DNA of 64,000 nucleotides from Octopus bimaculoides (taxonomy: Eukaryota), in assembly GCF_001194135.2 (NCBI RefSeq), contig NC_068981.1, forward strand, positions 40,061,707 through 40,125,706, read 5' to 3'. Of the stretch, positions 51,641 through 64,000 are shown piece by piece (the stretch's first letter is position 1; the number at the start of each line of letters is the position of its first letter). The position numbers and the translations under genes were made by a program. The notes under the pieces were generated by a model. It worked only from the letters and a program-made list of their open reading frames with translations, was not told the DNA's origin and made no database searches.

Positions 51641-52329
51641 ATTTATGCATGTATGGATGCAAGTGTTTATGCATAATATTAGTAACAACAATTAATATCT
51701 TATATACTTATTAAGAAAATATGTCTTCGTAGCAGAATCTAGCAAAAGTATACACATATCCTTATGTATATACCGTTCTCAACATGGGTCAATGTTTCTA
51801 GCATAAATGTGTATACAGACTTATTTATACGCATAATGCGTTCACCAGAAAGTAACAGACAGAACAGTATAAGAGCACTAGTAGTTTTAATGCACGCAGG
51901 CATTAAGACAACTTTTAAAAGCCGCCGGAAACGACCAATCGAAAATTCGATAAAGTTCAAATACTACCTCTGTACGTGTAAAATCTATCCACGCGAAATT
52001 GCTTTACCTGCAGAATAAAACTTTGATAATTTAATTGAAAATAGTTTAGAATGATATTTACTGGTGGAATAAATATTTCTTTGATGCAATTGATACGATA
52101 ATATTTAGAGCTGAAATAAATATTTCGTAAATACAATATTTCTTTGTGTGAGATTTAAGTAATGATGTGAATGAAATAGAAAAGTAAGTCAAATCTGAGA
52201 GTCAAAATCGCTTAAAAGCTTTATCACGTGTAGAATAAATAAAGCTAAATACATACATTAAAACAACAATTGCGCATTGTATATAAAATTTCTTTGGATC
52301 AATGTTTCTGGCAGAATTTATAAAACTAT

Positions 52330-52500
52330 ATTGGCGCAGGCATGGCTGTGTGGTTTAGAAGCTCGCTTTGTAAGTACGTCGTTTCAGGTTCAGTCGCACT
52401 GCACCACACCTTCGGCCAGTGTCTACTACTACAGTCTTGAGCCGACCTGTGCTTTGTGAATGAATATAGCAAAAAGAAACTGTGTAAGGGCTCGTCGTGT
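52330..52500 (+). mobile_element. SINE family B, 5' half
   Basis: GGCGCAGGCATGGCTGTGTGG...GGTTCAGTCGCACTGC; a separate family B 3' half lies at about 53490-53700. Confidence 0.75.
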
Positions 52501-52587
52501 TATATATATATACACCAACTTAAAATCAGTGGGCTAGCATAAAGAAAATTCTGGAAATTCAGAAAAATTATATTACATACATATAAT

Positions 52588-52765
52588 AAGGGATGACCAC
52601 TAAGTGGACATCCATTATGCAATCCACAAAAGAAAAGAATGTTCTCTAGGGAAATTCAGCACATACCAAAACATGAACGGGCAAGACAATAATTCTTTAT
52701 TTCGTGGTTTGACCGTAGATGGTCTATTTCTAGCATAATGGATGTCCACTTAGTGGTCATCCCTT
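52588..52765. mobile_element. MITE with perfect 33-bp TIRs in an (AT)-rich site
   Basis: AAGGGATGACCACTAAGTGGACATCCATTATGC at 52588-52620 and its exact reverse complement at 52733-52765. Confidence 0.85.
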
Positions 52766-53251
52766 CTTATACATAAATATATATATATATATACATTACG
52801 TTATATGTAAACAAACATAAGTTTGTTTTTGAAGCGCTGAAATGTATTGTAGTACAAGTAGAAAGATGTGTTTTTTTCCAACGCCTAAGTGCTGATAGAA
52901 AGGCATATATAGGATAAAATCCTTACAGATCAGAAAAATTTGTCAGCAACCAACCATGGGTGGTTGAGGACAGATTTTTCTTCTCTGTAAGGATTTTAGC
53001 CTATATATGCTGTTCTATCAGTAGTTACGCGTTGAGGAAAATNNNNNNNNNNNNNNNNNNNNNNNNNNNNNNNNNNNNNNNNNNNNNNNNNNNNNNNNNN
53101 NNNNNNNNNNNNNNNNNNNNNNNNNNNNNNNNNNNNNNNNNNNNNNTATTCCTCACATTTGGATTTTTATGTATTCTCTCTCCCACTTGGATTTGAAATG
53201 TTGCCACATTTATAATATGTCTTTTCTACAGTAATTTTTTCTGCATTTTCG

Positions 53252-53340
53252 TGCAGCTGAAGATTGCTCTTCATATTGCATTTAAGGTAATGCTCGCATT
53301 ACTTAAATAAATTGAAGTAGCATGAAACGTGCGTACTGCA
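53252..53340 (+). ncRNA. Type I hammerhead ribozyme candidate with a long stem II
   Basis: TGCAG-CTGAAGA-T-TGCTCTTCA...TGAAGTAGCA-T-GAAA-C-GTGC-GTA-CTGCA: 5-bp stem I, intact core boxes, GUA triplet. Confidence 0.65.
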
Positions 53341-53387
53341 ATCACCTTTGAAATCCATGTTGTTTATTTTTTGATTGATATATATAC

Positions 53388-53420
<33 letters not shown>

Positions 53421-54149
53421 CGTGCGTGTGTGTGTGTGTGTGTGTTTGCGTGTGTTTGCGTGTGTGTGTGTGTGTGCGCACGCGCTTTTCTGTCGCCCAC
53501 ACCACGTACCGCTTGACAACTTTGTTGACTTGTTTACGTTACGTACCTTACTTAGCATTTCGGCAAAAATGACCGATAGAATAAGTACCAACCTTTAAAA
53601 ACTGTACTGGGGACAATTAATTCGACAAAACTGAATAAGGCGGTAACCCAGCATGGCCGCAATCCAATGTCTGAAACAATTAAAAGATAAAAGATAAATG
53701 ATAAAAGGTTCAGAACCGGAATTAGTGTGTAAGTGGATGAATATTCCACAGATACATGTACCCCGAATCAGCGTGACAACATTTGAATAACGGGTGTAAG
53801 CTATCCGGCGTGCTTCTGCACAATAAGGTCTGGGGTCATGTGAGACTAAGATAAAACATCCTTGCCCAAGGTGCTAGGCATCGGATCGAACTCGAGACTC
53901 TGTGATGAGAAGTGAACTTTGTCGATATTATACCCTTCCTCTTTACATACATACATACCTACATACATACATACATACATACATACATACATAGATATGC
54001 TTCTAGCACATGAGGTGCATAATTTATAGACACATAAATGAAGAAACGGTTAGATAACAAGAATGGTAAGTAGATAGAGAGAGGGGGAGGGGGAGGGAGG
54101 AAGAGAGAGAGGGGGGAGGGAGGAAGAGAGAGAGAGAGGAAGGAGGAAA

Positions 54150-54186
<37 letters not shown>

Positions 54187-55418
54187 AGAAGACTTAAAAT
54201 GTCTCTATTTTGATTGCTGCATTTTTATATTCTTGCATGATAATGAATAAGTTGTTCAATGATGCCGTAGAATTTGGGAAATTAGAAATAGTCTCCATTA
54301 GAAATGTTAGATATATAATATATCTCGGTTCTCTTCATTGTCAGTTCATTACTGTCAGCTTGTTAACAAGCAGAAAGCTATGTGACATAGAAGTGCAGCT
54401 GACTTAAAAACAGTAGCTCGAACATAACAACAGCTTTCTGAAAATTCTTCAGGGATGAGAAGTAGGTAGCACACGCATGTCAACAGCTCTAGTTATGGAG
54501 CTATGATAATAATTGTCTGAGAAAATGATCGCAACAGATGCTATCAGCAACATTTACAAAGCGATGTTATCAGCAGAAGAAAAGAATCTGCTTCAAAATA
54601 CTCTTGATAAGATAGCAGAAAACATTTTGTAAAAGGAGGATAAAAAGAGTGATGTACTCGAAAACAATAAGTGTTTGACACATGGTAATAACTGGAAATA
54701 TCATTCGTGGCATACCTCGATAAAGTAGCCACTTAATACACTGCGGTTGGTTTTGATGTACACATGAAACATAAACAAATATATGTTCTTCATGCTTCTT
54801 TCACTTTTTTATATAATCCCATAGTTTGTTATGTAACTATAAACATGAAAGTTTACGTGTTTGTGGAAACATCAGGGGAGACATAAATTTGAAAACCACA
54901 TGTAAATTAGAAAAACTGTGGATCACAAAGCATGTTTTCTTAAGATTTTTTTTTTATTTATTCCAGAACTACCTGGTACCCCAGATACGCACTCACTGCG
55001 ACTAAACCACTCTGTGAGAAATATATACGTGGGTGACCTGTTGCATATAGCAACCTTAAGAGGAAAGAACGACAGAAGAATATACTAGCACAGTAAAATC
55101 TGGCAATCTGCCATAGGTTTAGTGAAAAAGGAGGACAACAAGTTAGTTGCTAGGAGCTGAAACCTTAGTAAGGCTTAGTTGAGTCAAAGAAAGCAGCGAA
55201 GTGATACAGGAGGGAGGGGTTGACTAAATGACATATCATCTTGTTTTGCCCCTCTAGTCTCTGAGTTCAAATCTTGCAATATCGACTTCACATTTCATCC
55301 CTCAAAAGTCAATAAAATTGATGATATACAGTGATACATTTCATCGACTATATATCGATACGACAAACATACTGCTTCTGTAAAACGATCTCAGATTTTT
55401 GAAAACATTGTGATCAAA

Positions 55419-55510
<92 letters not shown>

Positions 55511-55699
55511 GCAGAACGAAGGTGATGGATTGGAGAATCGTTAGGACATCGGGGGAAAATGTCTTGTGATATTTAGTTATGGAACTTTACGTTGTCTTTG
55601 AATCCCACTGAGGTCAATTTTCATCCCTCCAGTGTTAATGAATTAAAGCACTTCTCAAGTACCTGAAGCGATTTAGGCATTGTGCCTAAAATAGAGCGA

Positions 55700-57140
55700 T
55701 TATTATCAATATGCTTTCACCAGCTTTATGGGATTTACTGCTGCACCAGTTTGAGTAACTCTGAGTGTTCCTGAAATGTATGTTACAATGTCTTGGAATA
55801 TAGAGATATTTTACATTGTTAAGGGGTTTGTCTTGATGGTGTTATTTTAGTATTTCGTTTATTGAGAATGCGCAGTTACTTTGTTGCGTGAATAAGTTTC
55901 GTATATGCTATGCCGATTTTGTCTTCCACATTAAAAGCTACCATCATATAACCACTTCTAACTCTTCAGCCTGAAATCGGAAACTTTTCCAGTCACAAGG
56001 GCTTTCTTTCTAGGTGCCTTCATTTCTTAATACGCCAGTGATTCCCTTCCTTTCTAATCCACTGTGCTTTATTATTGTGTTGACTCCCTTAGTTTCATAT
56101 CCATTCCAACTATTTTTGAATTTCCGTTGATGTTGGGTGTATTACCTAGTGCCATATTTTCTTTTACTTTTTTAGGGAATGGGTTGTAACTGAGTATTAC
56201 GTGAGTGGTCGGTGTCATAGGGTTATGGGTCGATTATATAAGTGTGTGTGCAAAGTTACAGTGTTTGGTGATGATTCTTCCGAGTATGACTTGTATTATG
56301 TTGCGCTTTTTAATGAACAGTTATCATCTATATTTTGAGCGTACAGTCTATTGTTTAAATTATGCAAATGAACTGAAATTGTGTTACGTAGAACATGGGA
56401 TGTGCCTAGTGGGACTACCTATAGGAAATGAGTGGAGGGCAAGAGCGAGAACGTACTCGGGAAATCTTTGGGCGTCGAGAGAGATCACTCAGCTGTTCTT
56501 CTCCGGAGGACTGGTACTCCGGGTCGTATGGATAATTTTCAGAAATCTCTGGCCTGATTGTGCAACTGGGGGACTGCTTGTTCAAAACAAGACCTGCAGG
56601 CTCAGAAGTACTGTCAAACAGACTTGTCCGAGATGCATGCACTCGTCCAGTGACCGGACATTGCTGACTAGTGGAGCTTTGTCGGTTGACGAGTAGAGGA
56701 CGGATCCGGTTATCAGCCGAGACCATCGTGAGGATCGACCGTCATCTTGTATTGGCCGAGAATAGCAGACAGTTTTCCTGTCTGGTGATTGTGGCGAAAG
56801 AGATGCTGTAGTTAACGAGGTTGAAAAGACTGAAGATAAAGTGAGGGAAGTGCTGCCTAGTATTTTCATTGAAAGATAGGTGAATGTGGAGAGGATGGCC
56901 CGTGTGAATGGACGTACTCTGAACAATACACCTGGTGGCCGGAGGTGTTGAGGAGGTATCCTTCGCCGTCGGGGTGATCAGGATGAGCGGGGATATTTTG
57001 ATTGGCCCTGGGTCGAACTAATCGCTTCTGGGGAAATTTTATTGTTTTAATCTTGTTAATTGTTATTGTTTTAATTGTATACACGTATCTTTGTGCTAAA
57101 CCCCACTTGTTCCTTGTTCTGTACTGTGCCTTTTTTGTTT
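55700..57140 (-). mobile_element. Unclassified, probably retroelement 5' region between (TAA)n arrays
   Basis: Relatively GC-rich 56.4-57.0 kb stretch with Ser/Pro-rich broken ORFs; starts directly after the (TAA)n that ends the adjacent RLE LINE. No diagnostic motif recognised. Confidence 0.35.
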
Positions 57141-57151
57141 CGTGATTATTA

Positions 57152-57187
<36 letters not shown>

Positions 57188-57189
<2 letters not shown>

Positions 57190-58520
57190 GAGTGACAGAG
57201 CAGCGCATGACATCAAATTCACACTGGGATAAAATATACGAAGCCCAGCATACCCACCATAACTATCCGTCTGATAAGGGTAGACCAGACAACCATATGT
57301 GCGCGACATGGTGATCTCATATCAAGATAAACAGCACATGACCTTGCAGGCGGGGCTCAGTTAGAACTTTCTAAAGGTTGAATAGCCCATAGAGACAAGT
57401 TAGAAGTTCAAGTTGGTATTATGCTTAGGGTGTCATATATTTTGGTTTTGCACATAGTACTGATCTAGAGAAGGTTTAAGAAAACATAGGAAAACTATGA
57501 GTTTGTTTCAAATTTGAGATTACATAGACAGTATTTTACGTAGGATATGGGCAGTTCCCATGAGAACAATCATTTTAATCTCTGCCATTTTGGGGTTTAC
57601 TGGTACCTGAGCTAGGTTGGAACCAGCCCCTTTTGCTATCATTCTTTGGGCACTTCTGACAACAGGTGTTGTTTTAGTCTTGAGGTTCCAAATTTTGCCA
57701 ATTTCTATTTCAAGATCTTTATACTCGCTCAGTTTTTGGCAGGTCTTGACAGATACATTTATGTCGATTGGCAAATCATATCAATGAGGAGGCATCATTT
57801 TGTCTGAAATCTTTCAGTATAATATCTGGCCTAATCGCACCTATCTTTCTGTCTGTTTGAACGGTGAAGTTCCAGAAGAGTGAGTTGTGATCATTTTCAA
57901 GCACTGGAGGTGGTTTGTGCTCCCGCCAGTTTTTATCATGAGGCAGGTCCAGATGTTTTCAAATTACCTAGTGAATATACTGTGCTGATCTATCATGCTT
58001 GTTGAGATACTTTGTAGGCGCAGGAAGACTGGACACGGAGACAATATGATCAATGGTTTCATTTTGTTGTTTACATACACGACATGTTGGGCTACTGCCG
58101 TTCTTTAATATGTTGGCCTGGTAGTTCTTTGTAGGTAGGCATTGATCTTGGGCTGCTATGATAAACCCTTCTGTTTCTGATTTTAAGCCAGAAAACACTA
58201 ACCATTGATGGGTAATGGCTTTGTCAACATCGGCATTATTATCTCTCTTTGGGTATTTGCCATTGAGAGGTTTTTCTTGCCATTTATCAGTAAGAATATC
58301 TAAGGCAGCAGTTTTAGCGCGGGTTTTCATACGCTTAGCTTTTTCTGTGCGTTTCCAGTGCGTCTAATGCTGCGATTTGTTGTATTTGGGATTCATTTAG
58401 ATATTCCTTTGCCTGATTTGTTACTGAGTATGATGCTTTCTTGTTTTCATGTTTTAAAACAAGTTTTAACATCTAATCATCAGAGTTTATCAGGTAGGTG
58501 TCTAGGCCAACTGTGTCAAT
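57188..58520 (-). mobile_element. R4/Dong-like RLE LINE, 5'-truncated, in (TAA)n
   Basis: KWQEKPLNGKY, GLKSETEGFIIAAQDQCL, CRVCKQQNETIDHI, IRPDIILKD, KYKDLEIEI, TAHILRKIL; TAA/TTA arrays at both ends. Confidence 0.9.
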
Positions 58521-58524
58521 CTTC

Positions 58525-58600
<76 letters not shown>

Positions 58601-59006
58601 CGCATGTAGTGAGATCCACTGTGGTTAGAAATGATATGTAGCTAGGAGTATAGTTGCAAAGACATCAAAGTCGTAATAACTCCCGAAGACCGCAAGGCAC
58701 TTTTAGAGCCCTGCGCTATCGCATGTGAGAAAAGAAAAGCAATATAATTTGTGGTACAAAGCAGAAAGTTCAACTGCTGCACCTAAGGTAATAAGGACTA
58801 ATAAGAGAACAGTAAAGACTGCACCACAGATATTAGTGTTCTGAAAGTAGAGGCTCCGAAAACAGTGGAAGAGATAGCCACCCACTCAGTTCGAGAGGCT
58901 GAACAGGAAGCCGAATTATTGTCATATCATGAAAAATCTCAGCTTTATTTAGCCGGGAAATAATTATTTACGATGGAAAGTGTCAGCTGCCAATAGCCAG
59001 CAGACC

Positions 59007-60324
59007 AAGGTGACCCTCATATTGCTGCTACTCATATGTTTCATCCCAGTATATGGGTGGTGTGTGACGCACAAGCTGAGCTAGTGTCTTCACTTCGCTC
59101 TTAGTCTTAAAACTATATGTGCTATCTGAAATGAGAGAATCCATTTTAATTCATTTATTGTCGGATCCACTATCCCTACAAAGAAAGAAAGATATCGCGC
59201 AACAATCCGCAGGATTCTTACCCCGTGGCGGTCTCTCGCAGTTCCAAGCAATGATGATATTTGTAAATGTTCTACTATTATATTCGTTACAACCTTTTTG
59301 AGCCACGTTGGTAGTTGAGTATTTCCAAGTGCACTAATCACCATTGGTATCACTTCTCCTTTCTTCATTACCTACAACGTGTGTATCTCCCACTTCAGTT
59401 CATCATAGTTGTCCATTTCTTCTTCTTCTTCTTCTTCTTCTTCTTCTTCTTTCTATTCAACCCTGTTATCACCAGATTATGCTATGCTTCATTAATATGG
59501 TTTCTGTTAAATTTATTTCATTTTTTAAAATAATTTTACAGAGGTTTTCAAAGCATCAGGTCGTCTAACGCAGTTACTAAGGGCACAATGTCTGTCTTTT
59601 AGACAGACATTGTATTTTTGTCTTGTTTATAGCATTATTTTAATATAGCTAAGTTAGTGGTGAGAGTTACTAACAAGAAAGTGTGTAGAAATAGATAAAA
59701 ACAAGCTTCTTCTAATACACAAAAACGAATTTAAAAAAGAATAAATGAAACAAATAGACTCGCAAGCTAATTTGTTATGCAAAAATGCTAATTTTAATGA
59801 CATAAACAAAGGTAACCACAGCAGGATCAGCAATGTGAAAATGAACACACCCTTTTTGTCAAACGAAAAAACAAGACAGTGTATAATAATAAAATAGTAT
59901 TTCGTTCACTAACATCGTCAGTGACAGTTTACGTAAACTACCTAACTGAAACAAATTTGGTTGATACACTTTTGTGAACAGGGAGAATGAATCATTGCCA
60001 GAGCCCTCCAAAGAAAAAAACAAAACAAACAAGAGAAATGAAATTTATCTTTCTCTACATCGCCAAGAATGGAACAAGTTGCTTATGCCCTCAACTAAAT
60101 ATGTAATAAATGCAGCTCTAAACGATTGTTGCGCGATATCTTTCTTTCTTTGTAGGGATAGTGGATCCGACAATAAATGAATTAAAATGGATTCTCTCAT
60201 TTCAGATAGCACATATAGTTTTAAGACTAAGAGCGAAGTGAAGACACTAGCTCAGCTTGTGCGTCACACACCACCCATATACTAGGATGAAACATATGAG
60301 TAGCAGCAATATGAGCGTCACCTT
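59007..60324. repeat. Near-perfect inverted duplication: 201-bp arms (59007-59207 and 60124-60324)
   Basis: Two mismatches found by manual comparison; 916-bp spacer. Confidence 0.92.
59225..59400 (-). mobile_element. RLE LINE C-terminal fragment
   Basis: VIPMVISALG...VEHLQISSLLGTAR. Confidence 0.6.
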
Positions 60325-62590
60325 CAAGAACGTCGGCAATGGTATTTTCTCTTGGTTCATATCAGAGTGCAAGCAGGTGGCAAGTGACATGTTAACTATG
60401 TCATGTGATCAGGTGGGATCTCACTGAATATAAAAATCCTTATGATCCCTGAAAGACCACAGGGATACGAGAACTGTCCAGCTATGAGACTAGTATAGTA
60501 AATCAGGCGATCAAGTCCAAAGGGAGCATTAACGGACATTTCAAGCCTCTTTTGTCTCGAAGGTCTCGAGTTCAAGAGAACAGTAGTTTTAGCAGTAACA
60601 AAAGTAGGTCACAAAAGTCTGTTGTTTCTAGAGCATCGCCAGTTGCAGCTTCAAATTTTATTTATCCACATTTTTAGTAGATGCACGCCATGTTTGTGAA
60701 TAATTGAGGTTATTGGAGTTATCTTATTTCTTAGCTGCTTTAAATACTCCTAGATGCAGTAGTAATCTTAGTCATTCGACTTTTTTCTATTCAGTATATT
60801 AAAGAAGTAAGACCGATTAGTAAATTGAAATGGTGTAAAGGAAAATGAATTCCAAAAAATTAATCAAAATCCAGAGCACAATGTCTCCTTGTGTATGACC
60901 GCTGATTTTTTTCTAGTGTTGTAAGATTGTTAAAACAGTGACTGGAGGAAAGAGCTAAATGCATAGTTTCTATCATCTTATTATTACGTAATAAATAAAG
61001 TTTGTGAGATTGTAATAGATTCCTCTTTATTTATTAACCGATGTCATCTCAGTGTATACTCGGTTTTTAAAGTTCATTTTTCTTTGTAGCATTGCCTTAT
61101 ATATAATGGTATGGTAACATACAGGAGCATTACAACGTGGTCGCTTGACTTGCTAGAAATATCAACCAAATTTCACTCTATTTACCCAGTATTTTCATGA
61201 AAAGAAGGGAATACATTGAGTCATGTAGTCGTAAGAAAGAAGGTCATGACTGGGACGCCTTTAGCGAACTGTCTGCTCTATTCTGACCTGTGACTAAACA
61301 GCACACACATTTTAAATAACAACAGCAATAACATACAAGTATTGAAGAACAATAGAGACTTGACGATATTGCTTCGTATAGAAAAGACTTGCTAAATCTC
61401 ATCAATATACTTATTTCAGTTTATTCATGTGTAAACTGTAGTTCAGAAGAGAATGCTGAAATATGTGGTGATTTATTTCTTTTGACAATAGTATCACTAA
61501 CAGTGCAAATGGAAATTGGAGATCCTCTGTGTATTTTCTTGATCTGCTATAAATAGTAGCCAAACCTCCCTCACATTGTACCTTCCCGTGTTACAAAAGA
61601 ACACATTTGTTAATGAAGTACTGAGGAAGAAAAGTCGACGGGCTACAACCGGAATATTTCTAGTTTGCTCAATGTGCAATGACCTGAAGTTAAAAACAAC
61701 AGCAACAACAAGACTAGAATGATAACCACTCTCCAGTCAACCAGTCAAAAATGTCAGCCGCTCACTATTTGCATAAAGTACACCGGAAAACAAAAAGTTC
61801 GATTTTAGATGCTGTCTCCCCTAGTGACGGAGGTAATTTCTGATGAAGCTCCGAGAAACTCCCGAAGACAAAGAAATAAATCGCAAAAATTCCCTTATTA
61901 CCCTTCACACAAACTAGTGTCTCATACTGCAGCCACTAAGATATCTAGGAAGAAAAGTTAATACAGGCCGACGGATTTGAAAGGAATGTTGACTACATTT
62001 AAGAAAGGGTGAATTGATTTGTGTTAGGAAGTGTTCTGATATTTTAAAACAAGCAGAAAATCACAAAACCAGATAGCATATTGGCGCTAGCGAAAACAAA
62101 ATTATATTGAAGAAGTAAACAAATATCCAAAATTAACGATATGCTGATGTGTGAGACGAAGTCTAATGTAATTATCCCCAGATGTTGAACGATGACATTC
62201 TCGTTCGTCAGGCATTCATAGCTTGAAACTGCGTCTGTTAGATGGTTCTGCGTTTCAATAAATTATTGTAACAGTCACCACTAACACGAGAATAACTGAT
62301 TCATGTTAATAAATTTGCTGTTGGATGATTACGAGCAGTTAACAATGTTATAGAATTCTAAAGTAAGAGAGATAACAGGGTTGTGCAACAGTTTTTGACC
62401 AACCAGGTTTAGTGTGAATCCAAGAATAATTGATTACTAATTCAGACAGTGATAGCAGTAAGGCTCTAAACCAAATTATTATTTATTTTCCTGGAGACAC
62501 GTCGACAGGGCTTATTCTGACACATAGAAGCATCTGTATAAATGTATCTCCTATCAGATATATTGTATGCGATAAAAATCTAGCATTAGC

Positions 62591-62680
<90 letters not shown>

Positions 62681-62681
<1 letters not shown>

Positions 62682-62880
62682 CTTTTCTACTATAGGCACA
62701 AGACCTGAAATTTGGAGGAGATGGCTAGTCGATTACTTCGACTCCAGTGTTCAACTTATTTCGTTGTTCCCGGAAGGAAGACAGGCAAAGTCGACCTCGG
62801 TGGAGTTTCATCTCAGAACATAAAGACGGACGAAATGCCGCTAAGCTTTTTTGCCCGGCGTGTTAACGATTCTACCGGCT
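62681..62880 (-). mobile_element. SINE family A between (TAA)n arrays
   Basis: Reverse complement of family A; (TAA)n at 62589-62680 and 62897-62970. Confidence 0.82.
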
Positions 62881-62897
62881 AAATAAAAATAGCAATG

Positions 62898-62970
<73 letters not shown>

Positions 62971-62973
<3 letters not shown>

Positions 62974-63835
62974 AACTGAAAATAGGTGGATAAAGAAAAG
63001 AATGCATGGAAAATTTCATAGGGATGCTGAAGATAAGACAGACACACAGAAAAAAGATGGCTATGGATGACTAAAAGTGATTTAAAACCAGAAACGGAGG
63101 CTTTAATCTGTGCTGCCCAAGAGCAAGCATTAAGAACCAATTACATCAAATACTGAATAGACAACAAATGAGAAAGTGATAAGTGCAGAATTTGTGGACA
63201 AAATGGTGAAACCGTATGGCATATTACCAGTCAATGTACACCACAAGCCTAGAAATAATATAAGAGACGTCATGACAACATAGCCAGGCTTCTCCATTGC
63301 ACACTTTGCAACAAGTATGGACTTGACAGAGCAAAAAAGTGTTACGAACATAAACCCGAAGGCATCAGCGCAAATGATAATGCAAAGATCCTATAGAGTT
63401 TTATGATTCAGTGCGACAATGAGATAGATAATAGGAAACCAGGCATAGTGTTAATTGAGAAAGAAAGCAAACGCTACTGGATCATAGATATGGCATGCTC
63501 AGCTGACAACAAGGTATGCGATAAGCAAGAAAGAAAATTCGAGAGATATGACAGGTTAGCTTGGGAGGTTAAGCAGTTGTGGTCGCCGAAAAAGGTAGTA
63601 GTAGTACCAATAATTGTCGGAGCCCTGGAAACAGTGACTAAAAATCTTTAGAAGTACATCGAACAAAAAGGGGTTGTAATAAGGGTGGAGCACTTGCAGA
63701 AAACTGCACTGCTTGGAACCGCTCGAATACTCCGGAAGGTTCTCAAAAAATATGGAGTGTTACTTTAGTTCACTGGTAGTGAACAGCTGACACCGTAGCA
63801 CATTTCCAGCGTTAGAAGCCGTGCAAAGTCAATAA
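62971..63835 (+). mobile_element. R4/Dong-like RLE LINE 3' part in (TAA)n, same family as 39830-41705
   Basis: LKPETEALICAAQEQALRTNY, CRICGQNGETVWHI..QC, NRKPGIVLIE..IIDMAC, VVVPIIVGALE, TARILRKVL; TAA repeats on both sides. Confidence 0.9.
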
Positions 63836-64000
63836 ATAATATTAATAATAATAATAATAATATAGAAAGGATTGAGGTAACTCCTCCTGAAGATATAGAG
63901 TCAAAATTAAAAGAAGAGTGCCATTTGTTATCTGGTGAACGATATTTCGACATCTCGTGTGTCTTCAACTGGTTCAAAAAATAAATTTGTCAATCTACTG

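Noticed and set aside
61840-62215. CTGATGA..GAAA at about 61842 and minus-strand CTGACGA with a 4-bp stem near 62190-62212
   Set aside because: The first has no stem II and the second lacks GAAA; not credible hammerheads.

Overview
This is AT-rich, gapped (5 N-runs) eukaryotic genomic DNA, not prokaryotic. The SINE families and the extreme (TAA)n/(TA)n/(CA)n/(TACA)n microsatellite load suggest an octopus-like cephalopod intron or intergenic region (inference). I cannot confidently call any intact host protein-coding gene, rRNA, true tRNA gene or CRISPR array, and most ORFs in the supplied track are microsatellite or antisense-repeat artefacts. The window is a decayed transposon landscape. It contains: three tRNA-derived SINE families; R4/Dong-like RLE non-LTR retrotransposons embedded in (TAA)n arrays plus one related element embedded in (TACA)n; RTE, L1/Tx1 and Jockey/CR1-like fragments; a Penelope-like element nested in a palindromic mariner derivative that has a second copy in the window; an intron-containing Chapaev-type transposase pseudogene; and several MITEs. 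The most notable signals are three hammerhead-ribozyme-like motifs (one downstream of a tRNA-like Pol III promoter, one with a nearly intact core), microsatellite-specific retrotransposon arrays, two ~200-bp inverted duplications, and a perfect four-unit heat-shock element. Repeat boundaries are approximate and were read by eye.
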